Assembly (NCBI GenBank): GCA_030141605.1
Contig: JAQGDQ010000689.1
Coordinates: forward strand, 1-64,000
From: Tubiluchus corallicola
Lineage: Eukaryota > Animalia > Priapulida
Length of the DNA stretch: 64,000 nucleotides
Direction: 5' to 3'
Part shown: one piece after another, positions 41,401 through 54,478 of the stretch
Numbering within the stretch: position 1 is the first letter of the stretch
Layout of the letters: each line of letters starts with the position of its first letter
Notes under the pieces: model-generated
Told to the model about the DNA's origin: nothing
What the model saw: the letters and a program-made list of their open reading frames with translations, nothing else
Databases searched by the model: none
Position numbers and translations under genes: made by a program

Positions 41401-44400
41401 NNNNNNNNNNNNNNNNNNNNNNNNNNNNNNNNNNNNNNNNNNNNNNNNNNNNNNNNNNNNNNNNNNNNNNNNNNNNNNNNNNNNNNNNNNNNNNNNNNNN
41501 NNNNNNNNNNNNNNNNNNNNNNNNNNNNNNNNNNNNNNNNNNNNNNNNNNNNNNNNNNNNNNNNNNNNNNNNNNNNNNNNNNNNNNNNNNNNNNNNNNNN
41601 NNNNNNNNNNNNNNNNNNNNNNNNNNNNNNNNNNNNNNNNNNNNNNNNNNNNNNNNNNNNNNNNNNNNNNNNNNNNNNNNNNNNNNNNNNNNNNNNNNNN
41701 NNNNNNNNNNNNNNNNNNNNNNNNNNNNNNNNNNNNNNNNNNNNNNNNNNNNNNNNNNNNNNNNNNNNNNNNNNNNNNNNNNNNNNNNNNNNNNNNNNNN
41801 NNNNNNNNNNNNNNNNNNNNNNNNNNNNNNNNNNNNNNNNNNNNNNNNNNNNNNNNNNNNNNNNNNNNNNNNNNNNNNNNNNNNNNNNNNNNNNNNNNNN
41901 NNNNNNNNNNNNNNNNNNNNNNNNNNNNNNNNNNNNNNNNNNNNNNNNNNNNNNNNNNNNNNNNNNNNNNNNNNNNNNNNNNNNNNNNNNNNNNNNNNNN
42001 NNNNNNNNNNNNNNNNNNNNNNNNNNNNNNNNNNNNNNNNNNNNNNNNNNNNNNNNNNNNNNNNNNNNNNNNNNNNNNNNNNNNNNNNNNNNNNNNNNNN
42101 NNNNNNNNNNNNNNNNNNNNNNNNNNNNNNNNNNNCTTTGTTCGGCCTCATTTCTTTCTTTGCTTTCGATGCGAGAAAGGTGTTATTATTATTATTATTA
42201 TTTGCAAGTCTCTAGTGCATTCTTTAGTGGGTTATCATGGGGTGTTTTGATTTCTTATGCAACCGCGAGTGCCGTGAGGACCAACCAGTGCCTAGACGCT
42301 GGAGGATCCGGACCATATGGTCTAGGACCCGGGGGCAAGTCGCTCCGATGCCCTCAGTCCATTCGTCTTCTGGGACCTCCACACGTTGTAGTGGCAAAGG
42401 AGTCTTCCGGGACAACCATGGGGGCGGTTCATCTTGGAAGCTCGAGTAGCATGGGTCTCCCTCTGGTTGAGTGCTGAATGTCATTCTTAAGTACTAACCC
42501 TACAGTACCATGCTCTCACAACTGGGCTCATCTGAGACCCCGTAAGGTGGTAGGTGGGATTGAGCGGAAATCTGAGCTCTGGTCAGGACAACCAATATTG
42601 GACTGCCAGAGCCCCATAGGTGGTAGGCGGGGATTAGATCAAATCTGTGCTCTGGTCAGGACAGCCACTATTGGACTGGCAGAGCCCCGTAAGGTGGTAG
42701 GCGGGGATTAGGTCAAATCTGGGCTCCGGTCAGGACAGCCACTATTGGACTGCCAGAGCCCCGTAAGGTGGTAGGTGGGGATTAGATCAAATATGGGCAC
42801 TGGTTCGGGAGAGCCACTATTGGACTGGCAGAGCCCCGTAAGGTGGTAGGCAGGAATTAGATCAAATCTGGGCTCTGGTCAGGACAGCCACTGTTGGACT
42901 AGCAGAGCCCCGTAAGGTGGTAGGCGGGGATTAGATCAAATCTGGGCTCTGGTCAGGACAGCCACTATTGGACTGGCAGAGCCCCGTAAGGCGGTAGGCG
43001 GGGATTAGATCAAATCTGGGCTCTGGTCAGTACAGTAATTTTGGAAGAATAACTCGTTACTCGTTACCATGGAATTAGTCTGCATCATCATCTCCTGAAA
43101 GTGCGTCATGACACATTATGTCATCCATGCCAGGGCAACGATTGTTCTTCGTTCTTGCAGTGACGTAATAGATGTTCAGTACAGCCACTGTTGGACTAGC
43201 AGAGCCCCGTAAGGTGGTAGGCGGGGATTAGATCAAATCTGTGCTCTGGTCAGGACAGCCACTATTGGACTGGCAGAGCCCCGTAAGGTGGTAGGCAGGA
43301 ATTAGATCAAATCTGGGCTCTGGTTCAGGACAGCCACTATTGGACTGGCAGAGCCCCGTAAGGCGGTAGGTGGGGATTAGATCAAATATGGGCACTGGTT
43401 CGGGACAGCCACTATTGGACTGACAGAGCCCCGTAAGGCGGTAGGCGGGGATTAGATCAAATCTGGGCTCTGGTCAGTACAGTAATTTTAGAAGAATAAC
43501 TCGTTACCCGTTACCATGGAATTAGTCTGCATCATCATCTCCTGAAAGTGCGTCATGACACATTACGTCATTCATATGATGATAACAATTCGTTGCCATG
43601 GCAACGACTGTTCTTCGTTCTTGCAGTGACATAATAGATGTCAGTCTTTGTTCGGCCTCATTTCTTTCTTTGCTTTTGATGCGAGAAAGGTGTTATTATT
43701 ATTATTATTATTTGCAAGTCTCTAGTGCATTCTTTAGTGGGTTATCATGGGGTGTTTTGATTTCTTATGCAACCGCGAGCGCCGTGAGGACCAACCGGTG
43801 CCTAGACGCTGGAGGATCCGGACCATATGGTCTAGGACCCGGGGGCAAGTCGCTCCTATGCCCTCAGTCCATTCGTCTTCTGGGACCTCCACACGTTGTA
43901 GTGGCAAAGAAGTCTTCTGGGACAACCGTGGGGGCGGTTTGTCTTGGAAGCTCGAGTAGCATGGGTCTCCCTCTGGTTGAGTGCTGAATGCCATTCTTAA
44001 GTACTAACCTTACAGTACCATGCTCTCACATCTGGGCTCATCTGAGACCCCGTAAGGTGGTAGGTGGGATTGAGCGGAAATCTGGGCTCTGGTCGGGACA
44101 GCCACTATTGGACTGGCAGAGCCCCGTAAGGTGGTAGGTGGGGATTAGATCAAATATGGGCACTGGTTCGGGACAGCCACTATTGGACTGGCAGAGCCCC
44201 GTAAGGTGGTAGGCGGGGATTAGATCAAATCTGTGCTCTGGTCAGGACAGCCACTATTGGACTGGCAGAGCCCAGTAAGGTGGTAGGCGGGGATTACATC
44301 AAATCTGGGCTCTGGTTCAGGACAGCCACTATTGGACTGGCAGAGCACCGTAAGGTGGTAGGCGTGGATTAGATCAAATCTGGGCTCTGGTCAGGACAGT

Positions 44401-44750
44401 CACTATTGGACTGGCAGAGCCCCGTAAGGTGGTAGGCAGGGATTAGATCAAATCTGGGCATTGGTCAGGACAGTCATTTTAGAAGAATAACTCGATACTC
44501 GTTACCATGGAATTAGTCTGCATCATCATCTCCTGAAAGTGCGTCATGACACATTACGTCATCCATGCCTGGGCAACGATTGTTCTTCGTTCTTGCAGTG
44601 ACGTAATAGATGTTCAGTACAGCCACTATTGGACTGGCAGAGTCCCGTAAGGTGGTAGGCGTGGATTAGATCAAATCTGGGCTCTGGTCAGGACAGCCAC
44701 TGTTGGACTGGCAAAGCCATGTAAGGTGGTAGGCGGGGATTAGATCAAAG
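32422..44750 (+). repeat. Higher-order tandem array: ~570-bp unit A (8 full and about 8 truncated copies) interspersed with runs of a 74-bp GC-rich repeat
   Basis: 74-bp unit: gagccccgtaaggtggtaggcggggattagatcaaatctgggctctggtcaggacagccactattggactggca. Full unit A copies start (ttttagaagaataactcg) at about 32423, 33926, 34760, 36119, 37562, 39664, 41245 and 43486. Confidence 0.95.
41401..42135. other. Assembly gap (735 N)
   Basis: Run of N inside the array. Confidence 1.
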
Positions 44751-46574
44751 GTAGCCTAATGTGTCCGCACCTAATGTGCCTCGGGGGGAGGGGGGCCTGG
44801 CTCGTGGTAGTGCGTGCACTACAGGGGTGTGTGATGTGTTAGGCGTGATTGCCTAACTAAGGCTTACTGTAGACGAACAGTTGGCACACAGCCTCTCCTC
44901 ACCCAAGACTCCTGCGTAACCTCCACGAGGCGCGAGCTGGTAACTGCCCCATTACAGGAGCAGGCTAATCAGCAGGGGATCTCGGAGCAGTATGGAGCCC
45001 CAGAGGTGCAGTGCTGAAAGGCACTCACCATTCCATACCCCAACTATGGGTTAAATACTATAATATATTTCACAGCAGATCTACGTGTACTTAAAAACAG
45101 AAGTTTTTTTTGTATTTTCTCTCATCATAATGGAAATTAAGTTTATTATTATTATTTGCAATTCTCTAATGCGTTCTTTAGTGTGATTTTGTATGTTTTT
45201 GTTTGTATAGTAAATGAAATGCTTTTAATTGTTTGCAATATTTATGCAGAAAAACGAATTTAAATGAAATTTGTCTTGTCTTACTTTATTTTATCTTACG
45301 TCTTCTCCTCTCCCCTAATAATTCTCTTTATTATTGTAACAAATTATTATTATTGTAATTTTTGTTTTTGCGTAAGTTTGTGTAATTTATTTGTATTGAT
45401 TTTTCTTTCTATATGATGTTGTATGTTGTAAATACGTCAATTATAATATGAGCTTCAGTTTGAAATAAAGGATTAAATCAAATTAAATCAAATCCTTTCC
45501 GCTCCTCTCTTGTTTCGCCTCTTTCGTCTAGCGCATCTTCTGATCTTACGTTAATTTTAATGCTAATGAACATGGAAAATGATTTTACTTCATAAAAATT
45601 CCGTACAACACAGTGGTGGATAAGGCACAGGCTTTATTAGTTGTGCCCAGGGACCTCCAGCAGCTGAGGGCCTCCAGGGATTACGTAAAGTTAAATTACC
45701 GTCAAATTACTACAGAATGAGAGCAGAATTATGCTGAATTATCTCTTTGAAAAGGGCTCAATTAATTAATATACCGTAGAACATGGATCTTTTTAGATTG
45801 AGAGCACATGAATTAATAATAGGGCTCGAAACTGGGGTCCCTCATCTCAAAAAAGACCTCAAACACGGACCTTATTAGACTAAGAGCACATGAATTACAA
45901 ATAGGATTCGAAACTGTGGCCCCTTATCCCAAAGAGAAGGCTTCAAATGGCGGGTCACAAACATGGACCAGTTTTTTTTTTATTTGGGTCTTTACATTTC
46001 TAGGTCTCTTTTCTAAAATTCAAATTTTGTTTGAAGTTAAATAAATTATTCAACGATGGAAAATATTAAAATATTATACTCGTTTTTCAGAAAAAAATTA
46101 TGAGTGAGATCAAGACAAATCAATCGTCCTTTCAGTCTTTGTATGAACACTGCATATCCAAATACATTTTAACGCTGCACTGTGTTAACTGCCATGCAAA
46201 TGGTTATCAGCATCACATTCATAAGAAAATGGCTTCTGAAACAGCTCAAGATGGCTTCTCTTTCTTCCACACTGGTAAACCGCCCAGACGGCAATTATTA
46301 TCACTGCTAAATCGGCCGCCATAACGAGTTGACATTGTTACGGTGAACAGTTGAAACAGCTTGTTGAACTCGTCGCTGGACCACATTCCAGAAATGTAGG
46401 CCGCAGAACCGAGGACTTCCGGAAAGGAGACCTGTAAAAAAGTTGAAGTTGAAGGATTTTTAAAATTTCGTTCAGGAAAATATATATACAAAAATGCAGA
46501 AAAAGCTCAATTACTTTCAGGTGCAAAAACTATTTAAAAGCCATTGAAAATTCAAGTTTTTTATGTGTAATTAG

Positions 46575-46837
46575 CAGGGGTAAGCATCGAACGTTCGAAT
46601 TCGATTCGAATGAGGTTTTTTTGAGTTTAAATTCGTTTCGAACCTGAAATTATATGTTTGAATAATTGAGACATTTCAAAAACGTGCATTCTTTATTATT
46701 AAAATGTTTGAAACAGCATGCAATTAGCAGGGCCTATTTCAAGGGGGGGGGAAGTGGGGATACTTCCCCGGGACCTCACCCTCCAGGGGGGCCTCGCGCC
46801 AAGGTAACATTTTTTTTGCTTTATGCGAACATACTGC

Positions 46838-46913
<76 letters not shown>

Positions 46914-47371
46914 TGCTGCACGCGCGCCGTTTGCCAGTATTGACAAGTATTAAGGACTGATCTTGAGAATAAAGCAGTTTTTCTTTCAATTGTTCTTTCC
47001 TTTAACAACTGTATAACTCCATATTTTCTCTTCGAAAATGCTTCTCCGGCGTTCTAGCAGTTCAAAAATTTTCTGGGCGCCAACCATGGTAGCGCCCGCC
47101 CCCGGCGCTTCCATCACCCCCCCCCCCCCCGATGGGGCGACACACGCCCCACTTCCCCGGCCTCGTCTAGGCTGAAATAGGGCCTGGCAATTAGCACAGT
47201 TCAGCTGCAGTTTCTCTGCAAAATTTTTAACAAACCATTTGTGTCTTAATTGCAGAACAAAATCAAGTAATATGCATGATCTTTGTAAGACCACTTTTTA
47301 CTAGTGGTTCGAAAATCTTTTAAACTCAATTCGACCCGATTTTGCTTTCTGGTAGGGATCGCTCACCCCTA
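46575..47371. mobile_element. hAT-type MITE (outer) with 8-bp TSD gtaattag
   Basis: gtaattag|caggggtaagcatc ... gatcgctcacccta|gtaattag. Confidence 0.75.
46728..47186. mobile_element. hAT-type MITE (inner, nested) with 8-bp TSD gcaattag
   Basis: gcaattag|cagggcctatttca ... tgaaatagggcctg|gcaattag. GC-rich, contains (CT)n. Confidence 0.8.
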
Positions 47372-47972
47372 GTAATTAGCAGGCTAACGAACATTTTAAA
47401 TTACTGTTAAAACGTAGTTGTCAGGCATGGAAATAATTGGAAATGAATGTAACAAAACAGTTGTACACACCTACCCCAATTAACGAACACAATTACTACG
47501 CAGATAAGTCACTACAAGCAATTCAAAATACTTACTACAAATGAATACAATCACATACAAAAATAATACTTAGTAGAAGGAACAGAGAATTACAAGGGTA
47601 TACAGCAAGTAATGCAAGCACCTATTGCTATAATACTTAGTAGAAGGAACAGAGAATTACAAGGGTATACAGCAAATAATGCAACCACCTGTTGCTATCT
47701 GTATGAAAAACTGTAACCAGTTAAATTTTAAAATAAGAGCAAACATATCAGTTCAAATATTTCGGATTAGGATGAGCAACGCGACCACTGCGAGTTTCAA
47801 CTGCCGGTTTACGCGGATGAGGTTCATCAAACTCTTAAGTTCTCCAATTGTTCAGTGGATGAAGTTTTTACAATATTTCTGTGTAAATCTAGTATTTTAC
47901 TTCAACACCTTATACATAAATGTAAGGTAATACAATAATTGAACACCTTCCTTCTAAAAATGTAACAGTGAA

Positions 47973-48343
47973 TGTTGTGTTTTGTTTCTCTCGGAAGGCT
48001 CGTAGAGAAAACCAGAAAACACTTCGTCAAATTAAACTAGTTTATTAAGCGAGAATTCTACAACACAAAAATATGAAGGCATGCGAAATTATTACAGTAA
48101 ACGTGAAAATCTGGAAAACGTTTGAGTGTATCTGAAAATACAGGTATACAAGAGAATGTGTAAGTGGCGTCCGTGTGAATCTGCGTGCTCCCGTCTCAGC
48201 AGCCTGCTTTGCCTTATATAGGGTGCCCGAAAACCTTCTAGAAGTTTTGTTCCAGAACATTCTACACGGTAAGACGATTATTCCAACGGAGCATTCTACA
48301 ATGTTCCATATAATTCTAATAGATGCCAGCGATCTCCACAACA
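47973..48343 (-). mobile_element. Possible solo LTR
   Basis: TGTTGTG...CACAACA inverted termini, with TATA (ctatataagg) and AATAAA in order on the minus strand. No clean TSD. Confidence 0.4.
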
Positions 48344-49344
48344 TTGAGCAACATTTATAATCCTGTCAAAGTCAAACTACACCTTCACTATAACATAAGC
48401 TTTTACAACTTAAAACCCTACACCCATTACAAATATTCAATTTATTTCATCATAATTTCAGTGTAAAAGCTTCTTGCTTATTAGGTTTTTTATCACTTCA
48501 TTGCTAGCGGCATTAAATTTCGTTGTCATTTTTCGTTGAATTACGTTCTGCATACAGTCAGGAGGTCACCAAAGATCGTAAACAAACAACGATAACCAAA
48601 GATGCTTTCTGTACTACGCGTGTCATTCTCGCTCACTAGCACAAAAGAGGTAAAACACGGCGATCTTTACAGCAAGGCACAAGCTCTATTTTCCCAGAAA
48701 AAGGCAAGTATTAAGGCCAGTGTGAACCTGACTTAATAAATTTTAATTTTGTAGCAAAGGTGGCTCCCTCTAGTTAAAAAGTTTAAAGTGTGGGCACTGA
48801 CCTAGTTATGTTTGTCATTACACTGTTGTGTTGAATGAGTGAGCGTGTCTTGTACAAGCTAGTGAAATCTTTCATTTAGATATATCCCGCAACGATGTAA
48901 GTTTACTTCTATTAATTTTTATTTTGATTTATTCACTGATATTTATGAATGGACTAAACTATGTAACAATCTAACTAAATTAGCCAATGTCAGTCACCTT
49001 TGCCTTTCTATTTTTTTGTGTTAAATGTTGCAGAAATCAGTGATTTATATGAAAATTCAACTGAGACTTTAGAAGTTGTTATAAATGGCTCTCAGAGACA
49101 CTAACAGTAAGTTATTTAATTTATAAGCCTCTTTTGTTTGACAATGACTATCAATTCTTTGTGTAACCATAAAAAACTTCATTGACTGTTAAGTTATATA
49201 ATTTACTCCGTAGATTCTACACGAGCTTGAAAACCGGCACAGTGCTTTTCGGCAACGTCTCGCGAACTTCTAAAAAGTTCTAGTTATTTTTTTGAACGCC
49301 GACCGTCGGTGTACCCCCGGAACTTACCTCAGCCTAACGTACCA

Positions 49345-52300
49345 CTATTTGTTGTCAGAACGCTCGTTTTCCAACTCTCCCGGATTAGTGGTTTCAGTCA
49401 CATGATCACATTTGTCTGTCACGAATTCTGCATCTTTCTCAAGTGTATCTTCTAAGGACAACTCTAAAAAATACATTGAAAATAAACTCTGTATTTTAAG
49501 AACAAGAGAAAAGGGGTACCTGAACTCGGTTTCAGAAAAATCGCCTTAAAAAACTATATTGCTTTACATGAATTTTATGGGTGTATTCTTACTCGCGTTG
49601 AAAGGATTTTTTTATTTTCATTTTACATCTCCCGCGACATTGTTCCAACAGCGCCATTACATGACGTCATATACACACAACGCAAATCAAGGGAAGAAAA
49701 GGAAATTTTAAATTATGTCCTAAAAAACTTTCCATGCAAATCTATATTACTCAGATTTTCGCTTACCTGCTAGAAAGACTTATGTAAGTAGAACAGAAAA
49801 TTATTAATTATTTAAATGTTTTCACCAATTTGTAAAATGTCGCTGACTCACCCTCCAGGATGCACCACTCATTAACCAAAAACGTATTTTTAATCTTATT
49901 GACAAGATACAGTAATTTTAAATTTACTTTAGTTAGTGACTTGTGCGCTACGAATGCTCTGACTACTTTTGTCATTACTGTTACAGACATGAGGTGGACA
50001 GTAAAACTTATGCACAACAACTACTGTAATGTAAAAATCTCATTTCGTTGCGTAAGTAGCATTTTTCATTTGGTAAACCTCCAATATCAGTGCATCATAC
50101 GCGCATGAGAATCGGATTTTCTCAGCTAAACTATGACCTTTTCTCTAAAGGCTGTAAAGATAATAACGGTCATCCAATATTGACGAATTGTAACTGTGGA
50201 TTTCGATTTGAGTCTGTTGAACACTTTTTGTTGCACTGCCCATTGTATCAACTAGCTAGGGTTGTTATGTTTGATAAACTAAATGAAATACTTCTGCCCG
50301 AAAGGCTTAATATAGCTGCCTTAGGAACTAATGATCTGTTGAAGTTGTTATTATTCGGAAAAGATGAATTTAACTATGTTACTAACTGTAAAATATTCCA
50401 ATGCATACATGACTTTATATTACGTACTAAACGCTTCCAGTAGTTTCTATCTGATATGAAATGCATCAATCTTAAATAATCGTACATTAATATTTTCTAA
50501 CTGTCATTTTTTACTAATGTCTAATGTATCACTGTAGTAAAACTTTAGCAGACTAAAGTATACTAAAAACTAAGTATAATCAATTCTTACTGTAAATGTT
50601 CTTGTAAATAATGTATAAAGTCTGTTGTGGTGAGGATCTTAAAACATGTTGTACAAACTGTCTGATCCAATCCTAAATAAATTATGTTTAAACTAAACTA
50701 ACTAATGTACTAAACTAATTTTCTTATAAAATACATTTTTTGTCCCTTGCTATAAATATCTGGTTAGTTTTTTACATGAATGCAACCTTTTTTTTAAAAT
50801 CGAACTGATTTTCACATTTACTGTGCAGAATTTGTGTCTAGCAAGAGCTCTTAAATAGATGTACTTCACTTAAGACATTGGAAAAACTTTAGAAGGATCC
50901 CATTTCAGCTTCTCCTGAAACGTCCGAAATACTTTTGTGGCAAACTGGATGCAGTCTGTTTCCTTGGTAACAATCAGTAATGAGATGATTTTGCACTAGA
51001 AATTTTGTTCTTTAAGAAAGGGCATCACGGGACGACAATTGTACGTTCTGTGAAGAATGACACACATGCATTTTGCCATTCACTAGTTAGACGGGCACTA
51101 GCGCCTGCATTTCAGAAACGCATTACACAAAAAACAGGGGCTGTACCTCTCAGTTCACATGTGTTAGTTTATGATTAAACTACAAAAAAGGTGCTGTATC
51201 TATCAGCTGTAGGAGATTGTCTATGACAGTTTATGGTTTTTCAAATATTGTGACTCACTAGACATTATGTTAGAGTTAGGCCGGAAATAGAAATATTTCT
51301 GTTTCCGCCTGGGTAATTTTTTTCATCCAGCCGGGAATTTCATTATTGTTAACCACTGGGCAATAAACTAACTTTGATTTGAACTGAATTTAAATATTCT
51401 ACAATAAAGCTTTAAACATTCATTAAAATTCAGAGTTTTACCTTGTTCAGAATCTTCAGTCTTTTCTGAGAGTAGCACACGTTGCATACAAAGTTTCTTT
51501 CGTGTGCGACCAAAATACGATAAGTTTTTCTGAGCTTTGTTGCCTGCCTGACTTCCATCTGAAAAGCATCATATCAAATCGAATAAAAATTTTTTTTCGT
51601 GTCCGAGTTTGTGTGTAAAAAGCCGCATAGGGAAAAGCTGGGAAGAAGAAGAAGTTTGTGTGTAGAAAGCCGCATAGGGAAAAGCTGGGAAGAAGAAGAA
51701 GTTTGTGTGTAGAAAGCCGCATAGGGAAAAGCTGGGAAGAAGAAGAAGTTTGTGTGTAGAAAGCTTATATTCACATTGTTTCAGAGTATGCTTCTGTTAC
51801 TCGAAGCCTTTCGATAAATCAAACTGAAATTGCCAGTACAGACAAGAAAATTCAACCGAAACTATCCGTAAGTCGTCACAGTTAAAACTACGTTATGATG
51901 CTTCAAAGTAGAATGCACCAAAGATTTGGTCAAAAGTCAATTTTTTGTTTTTTTAAAAAGCAAACCCGAAATGTATTGGACTTTTACATATTCCAGCATC
52001 AAGAAAATGTTCAAAAATTACCAAAAAACCAAATTTTATAACCCCGTACTCATTTTTCTGCCTAAGAACTAGTACTGCAATTAAGAAAAACTTCCCGTAG
52101 CACCTCATGGAAGCAATCGTTTTGCTTGCTGGTTTTAGCACTAAGTTTTAATGTTAAACTCTGATTGTAGCTCATGGAAGCAATCGTTTTGCTTGCTGGT
52201 TTTAGCACCAAGTTTTAATGTTATTGCAAGTCCGACTTGGACGTCTTTTTGTGCCACACGGTATAATATATTATTTCAACCTCTGATTGCAGCTCGTGGA

Positions 52301-54399
52301 AGCAGTCATTTTGCTTCAGATTTTTTCTGTTGCCAAGCTCAGATTTTCGCCAGGAAGAGCCATCTACCGTACTCAAACGCAACTTCAACGTGTTCTTGAA
52401 GAGTTCATAGCAACCAACATTCGTGGGGTGGCTAAGTGTTTTGTAGAAACGCAACAAAAAACCACAGCTGACCTCAACAGCGTTTTCTCAAGATTGCACA
52501 GCTTGCGCCTCAACTTGAACGTGGATCTCAGCTTAGAAATAGCATAGAGTGATGAACTTGGTATCAAAATGACCCTCACGAAATAGAGATTCAGGATACG
52601 TGAAAAAAACAATGGCTAACTTGCACAATGATTTTCTCAAGGCTATGTTTTTCAGTGTGCAGCCTGCACCTCAACTTGAACATGGATCTCAGCTTAGAAA
52701 TAACATAGAGTGAAGAACTTGGTGTCAAAATGATCCTCATGAAATGGAGATTCAGGATATTAGAATAACTAGAAAACCTTAATTGCCGACTTACGAACGA
52801 TTTTGCTATGCAAGCAGATATGTTAAAAATAAAGTTTTCGCAAAAATCAGAGCCTACAAAATTTCAAAATTTACACGAATTACAGGCCCACAATCTGGTT
52901 AGTCTGGTTCCCAGAAATAAGCGAATTTACCGTTATTTTCAGAAAAGAACACAGCTGTACCAACAACATCTTCATAATGCCCAGTGAACACTTGATTACC
53001 AACTTGAATAACTGGCTGCGACGTGTCCAAACCCTGTAATAATAATGATTATTGATTGGTAAAACAAACAAAAACAAAAACAAGTTGTTTGGGCTTTCAA
53101 AATCAAACTTGAAGCTAGATTACATTTTGCTCTTTCTTCCTTCTTTATTTACCAAAACGTATCATTCCATCTAAACAAAACCATAAAAAATGACAAAAAA
53201 TAAATAACACTAGCCAAAAGTCAATTTTACATAATTCAGAGTTTCACACTGCACCGTCGCATTAATCAATAAATAGATGTTATCTAATAGTAGGCAATCT
53301 GAAAAAAGAGTTGTGCAAAGTAAGGAAAGAAGCGACGGATAAGAGAATGTTCAAAAGGGTAAGAAGAGTGGCTTGTGGAGATTCGGCTCATGAGATTACG
53401 AAGCACTCTGGATTCTACTGCAAAAGGGCAGGAAGTTGTGACTGTTGTGTCACACAGGAACAGTAGGTGGTTATCAAGACTCAGTTTATATAAGAAGGAA
53501 TACTTGTGCTTTAATTAATATGCTACTAATATTTAGAAAAAAAGTTATAGGAAAAAAATTAAGAACTACATAAAAAGCTACTCCCTCCCACCAGGTATAC
53601 TCACTAAAATTTTGCACTTCGGTTCACATTTGTTAAGGTAGTCATTGTTTATGATACCAGACAGTTCAACCAAGACAAGCATTTCCTGAAACATGGCGGA
53701 ATTTATTATGCAAAACAGACAGTCTTGTGAATAAAACATTTTACAACACAGTGACGCTCTATAAAATTAAAAGTAGTTTTTGTAAAGTTTTCAGCTAAAA
53801 CTTCTTAACAACCAAGTCACAAATGTTTTCATCAACTTCCATCGTACGCCAATAACTAACCAAAAATGTTTTTTATTCTTATTGACACGATACAGTAATT
53901 TGGTATTTTACTTATTTAGTAGGCCTAACATGTATGTTACAAATGATCTGATCATTTTTTAAACTTTATTCAGTGTTATTTAAACTTGATTAGGTAACAA
54001 TGAATTATATAAGCGGCCTACAATTTCAAGACGAATATTTTAATATTTCCCAAGGGTTTTCTTGTGCTTGAAAACTCTAGCACAATATTAACTATAATTA
54101 CAATGACGCATGCTTGTCCAAGCTTACCATCGCCACCGATTACATTGCCATTAAGATGAAGTTGATGGCCGTCAATAAGTATCATCAAATTTTTTGTTAT
54201 AATTTAACTCACCATTTGGTTAACCAAGCTAAATACAAGTAGCAGTAATACGCTAAAACTAGCCGAAGAAATGAAAATACTGTGAGATACGGCAGATACC
54301 GTAAATTACCTCGTCTTCTTTTGAACCATTTTCATCCATCCGTCCAGTGCCTAAATCCTTTTTATATCCTTTTGTTTCACTACTGGAACAATCCGCCAT
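49345..54399 (-). CDS. GTF3C6: General transcription factor IIIC subunit 6 (TFIIIC35/Tfc7-like), about 169 aa, 5 exons
   Basis: complement join(54310..54399,53605..53685,52931..53033,51442..51558,49345..49463), all GT-AG with consistent phases. Protein includes EMLVLVELSGIINNDYLNKCEPKCKIL|GLDTSQPVIQVGNQVFTGHYEDVVGTAVFFSE...LSYFGRTRKKLCMQRVLLSEK, matching the TFIIIC_sub6 domain. The last, acidic exon is the least certain. Confidence 0.88.
50090..50720 (+). mobile_element. CR1-type LINE 3' fragment in a GTF3C6 intron
   Basis: HTRMRIGFSQLN...CNCGFRFESVEHFLLHCPLY...LLFG...IHDFILRTKRF, then a 3' UTR, AATAAA and an (AAACT)n tail. Confidence 0.85.
51606..51763. repeat. 47-bp tandem repeat, 3 copies
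   Basis: Unit agtttgtgtgtagaaagccgcatagggaaaagctgggaagaagaaga. Confidence 0.9.
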
Positions 54400-54478
54400 G
54401 CTGTATGATTGATGAGTGATCGCGTAGAAGGACGGACAGGATTTGTCGTCACTTTTAACGATTTCTGCTATTGCCATC

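Noticed and set aside
41327-42250. Long ORFs of X residues
   Set aside because: They span the N gap.
46246-46432. Exon-like minus-strand segment after the acceptor ttttacag (VSFPEVLG...KPS*)
   Set aside because: No recognisable homology and no partner coding exons. It may be a UTR exon of GTF3C6 (donor at about 49327), but nothing here supports that.
47750-47835. Minus-strand ...VETRSGRVAHPNPKYLN*, resembling a Gypsy integrase tail
   Set aside because: Too short, interrupted by stops, and with no integrase core nearby.
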